A stretch of DNA of 64,000 nt from Epiperipatus broadwayi (lineage: Eukaryota; Animalia; Onychophora). The stretch lies in assembly GCA_028023455.1 (NCBI GenBank), contig JAQFVV010000006.1, positions 9,486,001 through 9,550,000 on the forward strand, given 5' to 3'. A program made the translations under genes and the position numbers. This document shows positions 37,612 through 51,060 of the stretch, piece by piece. The notes below the pieces were generated by a model that saw only the letters and a program-made list of their open reading frames with translations, was not told the origin of the DNA and ran no database searches. Numbering within the stretch: position 1 is the first letter of the stretch; the number at the start of each line of letters is the position of its first letter.

Positions 37612-38077
37612 TTGGTTTGTACATAAAATTCCTATCTAGTGCCTACTTGTGCAATATCCCTAGATTAATTTCTAGCTTGCAGATTTCATCAATGAGGAGC
37701 CTTGGATCTGAGAAAACTGTATCTAAATTTTAGGATTTAATGCACCAAAAAATATGGATGCTGAACTGAGTTCAAATCTATATGACTATGCAAGCTATTG
37801 AGCTTAAATTGAAAGCATTATTGGGTTTTCATTTTGGATTCAAAGCTTTATAGTTAGCTAATAAGGTAAAAGATGACTGCTGGAGAATTGCATTAGATCC
37901 TAAGATCAGGTGCAGTGCTCTCAGATCCACGGCTGCTCGCTGATGAAAACCATAAGCTAGAAATTAATCTGGGGATATTGGATGAGTAGGAATTTTATAC
38001 ACAAACCTTCCTGTATCAATTGATTACTCTGGCTTGCACTGAGTGGTGCTACTGTATGGAGTTTTGCCTCTGTGTAG
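37612..38077. mobile_element. HH-C locus 8, inverted pair; both HHRs carry the ATTAAT stem III variant
   Basis: Antisense 37612-37744, sense 37744-38077; gaaattaatct present in both arms. Confidence 0.85.
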
Positions 38078-38409
38078 GTCAAGTGATATTTGGATCCATT
38101 TATTTGTTTTAGATATTATTCCAAGAAATCCCCCAGACAAATGGCCCTTTTAAAGTAATCAACACAGGACCTCAACAAATACTTTGAATTGGTCATGTTA
38201 TGTATAGATATGATTTAATGAAATGTTTTAGAATTTGTAGAGTGAAGATATTTTATTTTTACATCAATTAATATCTTCAAAAAAAAAACTATAATATGCA
38301 TTTGACATCTTAAATCATACATTAAATGTTATTAAAAATTAAATTCAAAAGTTCGTAAAGTTTACTTTGGCTACATAAAAAAATTAAATATACTTGTAAA
38401 TCAAATTGT

Positions 38410-38910
38410 AATTCAAATTTGCAAACATGTGTTCATCTGCATAATGAAGTGATTTTTTTCTTCATTATAACCTAATGCTAAGTGCACTTTCGGTGAAGTT
38501 TTCCATAGTCATAACTCTCTATGATTATGGTTCATCAGTGTAATAAAGTGGTTTCCTATTTCTTTATAACCTAATGCTAAGTGCACTTTCGGTGAAGTTT
38601 ATTATAATCCTAACTTTCTATGATTATGGTTCATCTGCATAACAAAATGGTTTCTTTCTTCTTTATAACTTAATGGCTAAGTGCACTTTCAGTGAAGTTT
38701 TCCATAGTTACAACTCTCTATGATTATGGTTCATCTGTGTAACAAAGTGGTTTCTTTCCACTTTATAACGTAATGCTAAGTGCACTTTCGGTGAAGTTTA
38801 CCATAATCATAGCATTATGGAAAGTTCACCGAAAGTGCACTTAGCATTATGTTACAAAGAAAGAAACTATTTCATTATGTAAACTAACAAATGTTTGCAA
38901 ATTTGAATAT
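38410..38910. repeat. Tandem array of about 99-100 bp (4 units) closed by an inverted copy
   Basis: agtgcacttt at 38481, 38580, 38680 and 38779; inverted ccgaaagtgcacttagc at about 38829; outer inverted repeat attcaaatttgcaaac. Confidence 0.85.
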
Positions 38911-38916
38911 ATATAT

Positions 38917-38999
38917 AATTGAAACGGAAGTAACTGTATTTCCCACCGAGTTATGCAATATCAACAAACTATAAAAATATAATTACTTCCGTTTCAATT
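38917..38999. repeat. 17-bp perfect inverted repeat with spacer
   Basis: aattgaaacggaagtaa ... ttacttccgtttcaatt. Confidence 0.7.
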
Positions 39000-41287
39000 A
39001 CTATAATTCAATTATGATTATTTATTATTTCATATATATATATAATTAATCACAATAATTCAGTCATTTTACACTCCGCTCTATTATTTCATAGACTAAT
39101 TCACAATGATTTTTATAATCCACTCAATTATCTCATAAGCTAATCTAACCAGGTAAAATGATAAGACAGATTCAGCATATTATTATATAGATTAGAGTAG
39201 TAGCTCACTGTGTGTGTACAATGATGAGAGGTGGAGGAGAGATTCCTAAATTTGTCAAATATAGTAAAAGTGCAATCACATTTTCCACTGAAATCCAAAG
39301 GAAATTTTATTGTCTCTCAGCTGCTTGTCTCCCTTTGAATAAAACATTTACATGGCATTAAACTTGGCTCACAAAGGGAATAATTAAACCTTTGAAAATT
39401 AATAAGACAATCCTAAAAGTAACTTAAATAATTATTATTTAAAGAGGGAACTCCTTCAGAAATGAATAAACAACAAATTGTGTAAGATACAAACCATTAA
39501 TCAAGCAATTTTATTGATTCTATCTATCTAACAATATTATACAATGAGAATATCATCAAAAAGTGAGTGAAGAATCAAGTCTGAGCCTCATACATATCGT
39601 GCTACCATACACAAAAATTAATACCACAACTAAGTAATAGAAACTGATGAGACGGCAATAACAACTGACAATCAAATAAGTATTAATATATATATATATT
39701 TAGTAATTTTCCACAAAAACTATTTACTAAAAAAAATAAAATACATACAATTTGGAATTACTTCCAAAAGAGGAATAAAATAATAATAATGATCAATAAT
39801 ATACGCTGATTTCGATCAAAATGTCGTCATAGAAAATCACAGAATAACATTTATTTGATTTTAAAATGATTTATACATTATTGGTACCAATAGTATAATC
39901 AATAAGACAAAATTATAAAGAATATCAACCATTACTCTAATAATATTCATCATAAACAATAAACCATAATATATTTCCTTACTAATCTTTAAATTCAAAA
40001 TCAAACCCTAACAACTTTCAACTACAACTGAACATCAAACAAGTGTAAAGGTGTGGGTGTGTTTGTACAAATGTTCATGTGTATGATTGGATACAATATG
40101 AATAATAATAAACAGGGTAAAGATGTATGTTATTTACACCAATTTATAATTCAAATGTGCAAGATGTGTCAGCCAATCATACAAGCAAACATTTCCATAA
40201 ATAATATACTCATTTCACAATTGTCTTGTCATCACAATTCAAGCAACTTAAATAAACCATACCTCAAACATTAAAGGAGTATTGAAAAATGTACTTTATC
40301 TCAAGATATAAGAAATCATGTCTCAACATAAAATTCAAAAATACTAATCAAGAAGGGTAGTGGCATAATAAGCACTGGCCTACTGTATAATTCTGTAAAT
40401 ACAATCAAGCACCCATATTTCAAAATACATGAACATTTATAACACTAGAATTACTTCTATAATAGGGGTATTGTCACATCTATTCTTTCGATTAAAATGA
40501 TAAACAAAAATAAATGCAGCTAATATCACAACTAAATTTGACTGATTCACACTTCACCGAAAACATAAATGCGCGTAAAAGATTTCATTTAACACATCCA
40601 TAAATTTAACAATTGAATCTCAAAGTGATAACGATAAGACTTAGAAACATTATTTAATCCAGGAATTTAAATATATCATACACTAAAATTTATTGGCATA
40701 TTCTCACGCACTTCAAAATATTTAATTTTAGGATAGTCTGATTCACTAATTCAAGGATCAAATAACCAACCGATTTAAATTTTCATGTGGTATGTTAAAG
40801 AAATAGTAATAACAATCAAATACATGGCTGACTTTATAGTAATAATTTTAATTGCACATAAATGATTTTTACTATTAGTAACATATGCGGATTTGATCGT
40901 TCTGTGAAGTGTTTATAGCTAACTATTTGTTGCTAACATCAAACACAAATCCCTGAACAATGGTTTCCTTTCTTTTCTGCTGGAAATTTAAATATATCAA
41001 TAAAATAAATAGAAAATACAGAAATAATAAAAGATTTACATAATAATTTAACGACTTTAAATACCTAAAACACCAAACATTTCATTCTTTCCTGCTACGA
41101 TTTTTGATAATATTAACTACAAATAAGAAACAAAATACATAAACAGAAATACATTTAATCACAATAGGGTTTCATTAGAGGTATTTCCTTTCTGTTTATG
41201 GCAGAGACAAATTGTAAAAATTTTCAGAACAGTAAACGATTTTAAAGTAAATTTTTAACACATTTTCAAAGTAATAATCTTGCATGA

Positions 41288-41848
41288 AACCACTAAAAGA
41301 TCACATGATCACCATTTCCTATGCTTAGGCAAACCTTCTAGCATCGATTGATTCCTATGGCTTGCACTGGGTGGAATTACTGTATGGAGAGTTTGCTAGT
41401 ATTAGCATAAGAATTGATGATCATGTAATATTTTAGTGCTTTTTATACCAATCCTGTAAACCTAATAGTTCCATTACTATATGCTTTTTTATTTGTTAAC
41501 ACTGGTTTGTACATAAAATTCCTATCTAGTGCCTACTTGTGCAATATCCCTAGTGATGGTGACTGTGGTTATTAAAAAACACTTGGATTGTAAACACTAT
41601 TGTGTTTACATCTTGGACTTCTAGCTTTATAGTTATCTAAAAAGGTAAAAGGTAACTCCTTGAAGCTTGCATTAGATTCCAAGATCTAGATGCAGTGCTC
41701 TCAGATCTAAGGCTCCTCGCTGATGAAACCACAAGTTAGAAACAAGTCTGGAGATATTGATAAGGATTTTATGCACACACTATCTGATATCCATTGATTA
41801 CTATGGCTTGCAGTGAGTGGTACTACTGTATGGCTAGTTTGCTAGTGT
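41288..41848. mobile_element. HH-C locus 9: short antisense arm plus deleted sense run spanning more than one monomer, interrupted by a 99-nt copy of 37565-37663
   Basis: ttgatt.ctatggcttgca occurs at about 41349 and 41797; HHR variant CTGATGA AAC CACAA GTT A GAAA at about 41730. Confidence 0.8.
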
Positions 41849-42636
41849 AATAATCTGTTAATAAGTTTGACAAGGTGCATGGATATCTGTACTCATGGGT
41901 AGAGAAGCAAATTTTACAAATAAGTAAAGAATTCATGCAAGATAAGCAATTTAATTAATATAACATCAATTTATTAATTATCACAAACCATCCACTTAAT
42001 TTCATTGGTGATAATATTTTTCACTTAATGAAGGCGACAAGAAATAATTAGTATATAAGCATTTCAACACTGATCAGCTAATAATTAATATATTCAAACA
42101 AAACACAGAAAGAGAAAAACGAGCTAAATATGTACACATATATGCAGAATATTTATAATAAAATTTTTAATTGATAATAGTGAAGTTGTTACTTTAATTC
42201 CTTCCTTATATGTTAATATTATGTCAAAGTACATAAAACTTAAAAAAAGGCATAGAGAAGGGAATGAAATAAACTTACAATGTCGAATACAACTTACACT
42301 AAAATACACTTCTCTTAGTTATAGTACTGAAAAATAAGCAGATTTAAAATAGAGCTTAAAGAATAGCATAGGAATAGACATATTGATAATCCATAGCCGC
42401 ACAATTTATAATTGTAGAATTTTTACAAAGCAATTGTTAACACTCAATATGAAAATTTTATAGTTTGCAAGATACATGAATTTAATAAAAAAAATAGCAT
42501 ATAGATAAATTTATTTAACTTTTCATTTACAAATAGACAACTATTGGGATATGAAGTACTAAGAATATGTATAACTCAAATATAATTATAATGGACACAA
42601 ATATAATATTGAAGTAAAAAGGCAGGGATATAGATA

Positions 42637-42933
42637 TAAACCACTAAACATCACATAATCAGCATTCTTTATGCTTACACAAGCTGTTTACACAGAGGCA
42701 AAACTCTCCAAATACAAGATAATGAGCTTGAATTGAAAACATAATTGTGTTTTCAAGATTCAGAGCTTTGCCGTTAATTAATAAGGTAAAAGCTGGCTGC
42801 TGGAGAATTAAATAAGATCCTAAGATCTAGATGCAATAAGCACTAGATAGGGACTTTATGCAAAAACTGTCCTGCATCCATTGATTACTCTAGCTTGCAC
42901 TGAGTGGCGTTACTGTATGGAGAGTTTTGCTTT
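42637..42933. mobile_element. HH-C locus 10, inverted pair with the HHR segment deleted
   Basis: Antisense 42637-42712; sense arm jumps from gatctagatgca to cactagataggg. Confidence 0.8.
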
Positions 42934-43889
42934 TGTAGCTATAAAGTCATTTAATTTGTACGATATATGATAAGCAGTTATTGAAAATGGAAAGAACAAA
43001 ATAAATGAACATATTCAAAGCATACATAAATTTTAAAATGGAAATAAATTGTGTAAATATAAGTACTGAAGATTGGCGCAAAGAATTCAAAAATTCAAAC
43101 ACTCAACTAGGATACATAAATTTCTTTCACTGGTAGTAAAATTATTAAACATATTGCACAATAAATTCTAAAAATTATACCAGAATAATTCTTAATTGGA
43201 CATTTATGTTAATTCTAAAATTCTATTGTAAATTAGCATAGGAGGTCAAAACAGATAAATTTGATAATAATCTTTATAACAATATTAAAATGTCTATTTT
43301 CAAAGTACGATATGAAAGTAAACAAAACAAATAATCTATAATTAAAACAGTTCATAATTGGAAAAGTCAGTTAGTTTTAAAGACTTATATTAAGCAAACA
43401 CTAATGTAATACAAGAATAAAATCAATATAATTACAATATTAATTTCTAAAGTATATGAATGAAATATTAAACTTTTTTAGCAATTAGCAGGCAAAATTG
43501 TAGGCTTAATATAAACCTAGAGTTTATATAAAGTCGCCAATAAGCTCTTAACAAGCTTTGCAGAATATCCTAACCCCAGACTAAGCTCTTTATATAAAAT
43601 TTGTAATACAAGCTTGTTTAAATTAGGTCATGTGACATGTGACTTGATTTCTTTATAATCTAGACTTTAGGAAAATGCTTTCAAGCTTTACTAAAATACA
43701 AATAATGAGCAATAAGAATTATGTTTTCTGAGATGAATTTTCCATGATTACACCTTTTTTTTAAGTTTCATTTTTCATGCTTTATGTTTCCAAAATATTT
43801 CCATGACAATGGCAAAATTAATGAGATAGAAATGTACACAAAATATATTAATAATTTTTATTAGTCATTTATTAGTCGATTATCCACTG

Positions 43890-44045
43890 CTGGACCAACT
43901 GATGAGTGCTGGTTCAGGACGAAATGTGCTATGTAAAAGCTCTGATGAAGACTGCAGGATAGTCGAAACTGTTACAAAATTAAAGGAATTATATAAAAAA
44001 AAATTGCATTAGTGTATATGTGGAGATTTATAAAAAGTAATATAT
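43890..44045 (+). mobile_element. Adjacent HH-A and HH-B hammerhead motifs
   Basis: CCAA CTGATGA GTGCTG GTT CAGGAC GAAA TGTGC (43895-43930), then CTGATGA A GACTG CAGGA TAGTC GAAA CTG TT (43942-43973). Confidence 0.75.
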
Positions 44046-44104
44046 ATAGATATATGTGAATGATTGCAAAAAAGTAAAGAAGATATAAGAATAATATTTA
44101 TTAA

Positions 44105-44330
44105 AACAGGCAAAACTATCCATACAGTAATGCCACTCAGTGCAAGCCAGAGTGATCAATGGATGCCAGAAGGCTTCTGCATAAAATCCCTATCTAGTGC
44201 CTACTCATTCAATATCCCCAGACTAGTTTCTGGCTTGTGGCTTCATCAGTGAGTAGCCTTGGATCTGAGAGCACTGCAGTTATGAGCAATCATAAAAAAT
44301 GGTGATCATGTGATGTTTGGTGGTTTAAGA
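44105..44330. mobile_element. HH-C locus 11; HHR 44215-44255 (-)
   Basis: Antisense 44105-44280, short sense arm ending in ggtggtttaag. Confidence 0.85.
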
Positions 44331-44669
44331 CTAATATTTCAAGAAGAAACTTAACACTTTCAATATCAAACTTAAAATTACATTTATATGTCCTTTCATG
44401 ATCCAAGAAAACTGAAGCAGTCACTAAATCATTATTATTTTTACGTTTATACATGCTTGTATAACAATTCATGCTCCTTTAATCTGTTTCCAATACAGCA
44501 CCTCAATTCACCTGTATACGACAACATACAACAACAAAAAATTTGATACACAACATTACTTTTCTGCTTGATAGGTATGATATTTTTAGAATTATTCACT
44601 AATTAATTAACATTATTTGTAACACAAAATGAAACATTAAACACCTTCTTATATAATTTCAAAAAGATG

Positions 44670-44780
44670 TGTGTAAGAGATATTGTGGTCTGGGCCAACT
44701 GTTGAGTGCTGGTTCAGCGTGAAATGTACATCTTGGGGATCATACATCTTTTTCACATGTCTCTAGTCATATGTTTATAA
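44670..44780 (+). mobile_element. HH-A terminus; HHR 44695-44736 with perfect palindromic stem III
   Basis: CCAA CTGTTGA GTGCTG GTT CAGCGT GAA ATGTACAT C TTGG. Confidence 0.75.
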
Positions 44781-47479
44781 TTACATCTCTCCACAAGGTG
44801 TTAAAAGTGAATAGAAACCATTCCCTACCTTGCATGCGAGTGGTGTAGTGAAAATTACACTACAGAAATATTATTCATTAAGAAATGTATACAAGTTTAA
44901 CAAAACAATTCCAAAAATTATTCCTTTTACTAAACGATCACTTATTCAGATTAATCAAGTAGCAAATGATCCTAATTTTAAAATACAATGTACTGACCTT
45001 CGCTGAATTTAGTTGCGAGTGAAGTTATACGACTGAAAACAAATCTAATTCAGTTTTCGTCATTTAATTTTAAAATTTTATGGAAGCAAAAATAAATAGC
45101 TAAATAAGAGCATAAGCATAATTTTAACGCTTGTAATAATTTTATATCATTCAAATGACAAGCTTAAAAAACTTAAATATAAAAATGTCTGCTCTGCTGT
45201 AACCTTAGATTTCCACGCGATTGACATTGAGATCAGAAATGGTATATATATTGTAGCCCTTGGATTTGTCCAAGGCTCCATTTCTTTAAGTTAGCTATGA
45301 AAGAGAAGGTTCTATCCAAATTTTCCTCATAATATATGTATTTTTTTTTCTGTAATAAGAAAATTTTAGCCAAGACCAAGTTTGAACCCATATTTATAAG
45401 GGATTGCATATGTTCAACTAGTAAGCAATCTAAAAATTTATTGTTAATGTGTTTATAGCCAGAGGATTATTTTATTGTAATTTATGGCTTAAATTAATAT
45501 TAAGAAAATATTAGAAAAGCAAAATGTGTATATTTGTTGATAGGTTGACTGGGGAAAAAGGAGGTGTGTGACTATTAAAAACTACATTAGGATAGTGATG
45601 ATGAATAGTCATTATTTTATGCTAGGTTGGAAATAAATAATTCATGAAAGTAAATAAAATAATAATAATAATAATAATAATATAGTTATAATAATTAAAG
45701 ATTATAATTATAGATTAAGGCAGTAAATTGGTCAATTAAAGGTTAATTAAAAAAATATATACTTGCGATGTGTGTATATAATATAATTGTAGATCTTGAT
45801 GGTACAATTTACAATTAATAATCATTTCTTACATGTTGTAAAGCAATTTGAAATAAGAAATTAAATCACTGTAATAAGTTTAATATTAGCAGCCAAATTT
45901 ACTTCAAAATCTGAGTTTGAAAACAGCTGCAATATATTTTGTTTCACTATTAAAGGGGAAAAAGGAAGATTACTTTTAGTATAAGTTTCGTTGGTATTAT
46001 CTTACTCAGTTAATTATCATTCCTTAAAAGACACAGATCTCACTAAGGAATTTAAGTGGACCATTAATTTAGACCATTAACGATGAATGGTCAGTCTGGT
46101 CTGTCAGAGTGTCAAAAATTAATTGGCAATTAATTGTTAGATTGTAAAATTAATCGTGTCTGTTTGAAATGGAATTTGTGCCTGATTTTTCTGAAGGGGC
46201 AAAAGGTTAAATTTAATTGAGAAGAGGGAACATGTCAATTAATTATAAAGATAAAAAAACAGATGGACATCTCTATAAAAGCTGTGTTAATAGAAAAGGA
46301 GGGGCTTTTTTTTGAACTTGCTTATCGGTTGTAGTTTTCCTTCATTGACTTAAAGAAAACTGTCTTATAAAATTTAAAATCGTTTTTATTGTACTTTTGT
46401 CTCTTCAGAATAATTTGGCTAAATATAACAATGTATAGTGAGTAAATTTTAAGTGGGCACACATGTCTGAACCTCCAAAAGTCAGCTATTCAGCAGATGG
46501 TAATAAAAATTTAAACCACAGAAGTTAAAATTTGAGTTTAATATCGTTTATATATATGCAAATAGTAAAATTTAAAATTCAAAAGTTTGATGTATATGTA
46601 AGTCAATTTAAACATATAAAATGAAATTAAAATTGGAAAAGGACAATCAAAAACAGACTGATATTGTGAAAAAGTTAAATGAAAGCTGTTTAACTGAAAC
46701 CTGCAGAAAATTACAAAGTTTAAAGGTAATCTACCTAGAGTTGGAAATGAGGAACGCATTCAGCAAAATAAAAACTGTATATATGATAGCAAAGGAACCG
46801 AACTCTATCAAAAGAACTTTTTACTACAAGGACTTATATGCTATTATAAACCGGTCAAGGAGGAAAAAGAAAAAAAGAGAAATCAGGAACCTGGAAAGAC
46901 ACCTGCTAAAAGACTTATATAAGTATAATTTTTTTTATTATTATTATTCACTCTTTATGTGTGTAGGACATTTAATATATATATAAAAAAAATATGAATT
47001 TCTTTCTTTGTAGTGTATCACGTATATCATCTATTTTAAAATTAATTCATGTAATAATTACTATTGTATTATTTTGGGGGTAGAAATTGATTTCAGATGA
47101 TTTTATATATTTTTATTTAAATGCTTTTGCTATTATGGTCATTTTGGGGGTAGATGAAATCTATATCATGTCTTCTGATATGCCTTATTTAAAATGCTTT
47201 ACAAACCTTTTTTTTTAATTAAGGAAAAGAAAACACTTAGAGATATTATTGTTAGCATCAGAAATTATTGTCAAATGCTCGAGACTTATAGATGAATTGC
47301 TTGCCTATTGAGTTACATCATCCTTTTTTTTATAAAAGTGCATGGAAATAGTTTTGAGAATTTTGTGCGCATTTCTTATTGCTTATTATTATTATCATAG
47401 ATTTAAGGCCAGAAACAAGCTGATTTATGCTTGAAAAATTTATGGGCTCATATTCCAGTGCACTAATTTGCAAGAATAT

Positions 47480-48320
47480 TAAAGTTGTAAAAGTTTTACT
47501 TGTATAATTTGATGTTTCGACCTGTATGTGTGTGGATAGACAGAGATCTCCACAAAACTCAGTGAAGTTTAACTCACTAAGATTTATGCTATATTCATAA
47601 AGTATTTGAACCCAGTGGAAGAGTTTTCCCACTTGAGTATTCTCTACACCGTAAGAAGGTTTCTTATTTTGATGGCCAGAGATATTTGGTATACCTATGT
47701 TTTTATATGACTAGTGATAAAAATCCTAGCATATCTCAACCTTAGTGAAAAGATTCTCTCTTATTCGGGTCACTGCCTGCCTCATATTAATATTTGATAT
47801 TCCTTATGTGTGCATGAGAGGATAGCCATGATAAGCATTATTATAAGTATTGGATACCAGGTCACAAACGCAATATAATGTCAGAATGAATGCAGATAAT
47901 GTATGTGCGATTGGTGTATTTGAATATTGTTTTTGTAGATTTGATTTAGCATTCGAGCCAAAAATAATTAAGTTAATAACTGTTAAGGGTTAAATAAAAC
48001 TTACGAATGATTGGGCATGAGCAATGCGTATATAAATTTATTTAATAAATATTTACATGGCCAGCTGAGAACTTTGCTGGAAAGGTAGTATTGTTTGAAT
48101 ATTATTGTGTCATAAGAACATGAGCATAGAGAGTGCACTATGATGATGGTTGGTCTTAATGCCAATTTATTTGCAATGACTTAGTCTTACTATTATTAAA
48201 ATATCTCTGTTGTAAAGATTAGGGCAAAAGAATATTTAATCAGGATGATAGGATAAGATCAAGAAATTTGCGAGGGAATATCAACTTTAGATTTGTTAAA
48301 TAAAATTATTAAATTTAATT
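47480..48320 (+). pseudogene. Very decayed RT-like relic, possibly Penelope-type
   Basis: Broken frames give LV*FDVST (motif A-like), YFDGQRY and GIPM (motif B-like); G-rich plus strand across 46-48.5 kb. Confidence 0.3.
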
Positions 48321-50121
48321 AGGGGAGAAATCGATTATGTATTTTCTAAAATATATCATTAATAAAAAGAGAAAGCATTGTAAACGGGAAGAAACTGGTA
48401 TTTGCTATATTTAAGGTAAAAAGAAAGTGTAGATATAATGTAATGTATATGTTTTTGTATTGATATTGAATTATAACTTGTCAAATAAAATTTGTTATTT
48501 GTTTTAAATAAAATTTGCGTGTGTCTCCATGTTTTTGTGGGTTATTATTATCTAGATATTTCCAATCCAATCATACATCAATATATTATGAATATTTGAA
48601 TTATCATATACGTAACTGATATTTAATAAAACTATTTAAAAGGTTAATTTTAAATGCGTAAAATTACCAAATAATTTAATATTGTTGAAATACAAATCGT
48701 GAATAGAGATAGTATTGTGTGATAGCGAGTGCAGAGGGTGGGCATAAAATCCTTTCTCCATCCATTGTATTCAAACCTCTCTAGACGCATTTATTTTTAT
48801 ATAATTTCGTTATAATTGCGACTGTGTTTTATGATGTGTTTATAAAGATTTAGTAAGCTTAAAATATTCCAGCTTTAATGTAAATTGATATTAAACTACA
48901 TTAAAGACAACCGAGATCACCTTGGAGGCGATCAAGAGAGGAATGTTTATCACCAATAACCTATGGCAGCTTATTCGATTTCCATACCTAATTATACAAA
49001 AAAAAACCTGAGAAGAGATTATAATGAGAAAAATGAGCTAGCCAAGATGTAGGATTTAATGAGAAAATAAATGATAGTGTAATAGACATATGGATGTGAA
49101 ATTGATGGAGGAGTGGATCAGGAAGGTGGAGATGAATATAGAACTTTATAATTAGAATAAAATTTAATTGTAGCTTTACTCATAGTGACTGGGAATGCGC
49201 TGAGAATAACCTGGAATTCTTAAAGATCTTAATATTGTCAATTTTAATGCGTTTTCAGTGTTTTCTAAATCGATTATGTATTAACCCATTCATGAAATAT
49301 TATTACTAAGAGTATTGAATTGATATTTAACCTCTATATTTTATGAGAGCTGCAATTTGGCGCCCTGGCAATTAAGCTTATAGATGTTCTTATCATCGTC
49401 ATCATCTCAGAAATAGTGTCAGCTAGGATGATGAAGTATCCATCGATCCATTCTTAAAATATTGGAATTGGCATACAATTTATCTGCAAGTGTGTAAATG
49501 CTATATAGATTTAAATATGATATAATTAATCCATAGCATGGATGTGCAATCATTTGAATAAAATTCCTATTGGTTAGAATAAAGTTATAATTAGCTTAAA
49601 CTATCCAATAATAGATATGATATTTGGAAGCTCTCCCAATCATTTTAGTTATATTTAAAAGACAATGTAAATGAACGGTCGAGAGATTGCATTTGAGATT
49701 GCAAAATGCGTTTCATGTTAATTTAATAAGTTTTTATAAAGTTAACAAAATAAAGAACAACTTTTCATTTGTTTGAATTGATTTTATTTAATTACAATTG
49801 GCCTGTAACGCGGTCGCACGAAGGAGATTACATTTAGTTCATACGTATGAAATATATTGGTCTATACATTACTTGAGAAATTATTGTATTAAATCTATAC
49901 TTAGAAATTATTTAATCTATACCTATTATACTAGAATATATATAATTGATGCATTGCATATTTAATGGATACTTAAGAAATGCATCTGTCGTTAATTTAT
50001 ATATTTAAGAAATGTTCATCATCTTTCAAAAGCCAATAATACTTTTGAATTTTCATTTAGTTAGAAAAATCATCTTCTCTTGAAATTTATATTTGGTTAG
50101 AATATATATGCCAGTAAAAAC

Positions 50122-50395
50122 AGGATAAACTCTCCATACAGTGGCGCCACTCAGTACAAGCCAGAGTAATCAATGGATGTAAGGTTTGTGCATAAAATCC
50201 CTATCTAGTGTCTACTCATTCAATATTCCAAGACTAGGTTTTAGCTTGTGGCTTTCATCAATCAGGATCTGAAAAGCACAAACCTTTTTGCATCCATTGA
50301 TTACTTTGGCTAGCACTGGGTGACGCTACTGTATGGAGAATTTAGCCTCTGTGTAAACAGCTTGTGTAAGCATAAAGAATAGTGATCATGTGATG
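50122..50395. mobile_element. HH-C locus 12, inverted pair
   Basis: Antisense 50122-50279, sense to gatcatgtgatg; gcac microhomology at the junction. Confidence 0.85.
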
Positions 50396-51060
50396 CCAGT
50401 AAATACACAGGATTAAAGCTTAATCAGGTAAGATTCATATATGATGAAGTTTATCTCTTGTGGTTATAATCTAGACATATAGTTTTAAGTCTAATCATAT
50501 CATAGAGCATTCTCGTTCATTCCTCAGAATTATTTGTAAGCTGACTCATAACGAATCATTTTAATAAACTTGCGCATACAATTTTACTTTTCATTTATCA
50601 AAGTCCATTCTTTCATTTAGTCCGATAAAAACAGTAGTAAACGTTATCTTAATACAAAAGCAGAAATATAGAGGGAAGGGAAATATTTAATCTTACAAGT
50701 TATATTTCATTACAAAGTGTTTTGGTCCCCCTATTTCTTTGTACTACTGACTTCTCCATCCTCACAATATATATATATTGCATGATAAACCTCCATTCTC
50801 TAAGATGTGCTAACGACTTCAGGTAAACTAGGATTTAAACACTTGAATTTTCTTGCCATGTAATTGACTTTTTATATAAATACCATGACTGCTATCACAA
50901 CTGGATAGATTCTGGTGCTTAAACTCCTAGATCACCTAAAATATGGAAGTTTTTTTTTCCTGTTAAAGATATATATATATAAACCAAATAAAAATACCCA
51001 TTATAGATTAAAAATTGTAATAACGACAAAACAATCAATTACTAATAAAAATAAAAATAA

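Noticed and set aside
38410-38910. CRISPR-like array
   Set aside because: The whole unit is repeated with no unique spacers, the context is eukaryotic, and no cas genes are present.
44998-45032. Candidate 35-nt minus-strand exon (RITSLATKFSE) with good splice signals; a plus-strand candidate lies at about 45210-45242
   Set aside because: Too short to identify and no phase-compatible neighbouring exon was found; needs RNA-seq.
49375-49400. tgttcttatca resembling U2 snRNA
   Set aside because: Only an 11-nt match with no flanking similarity.
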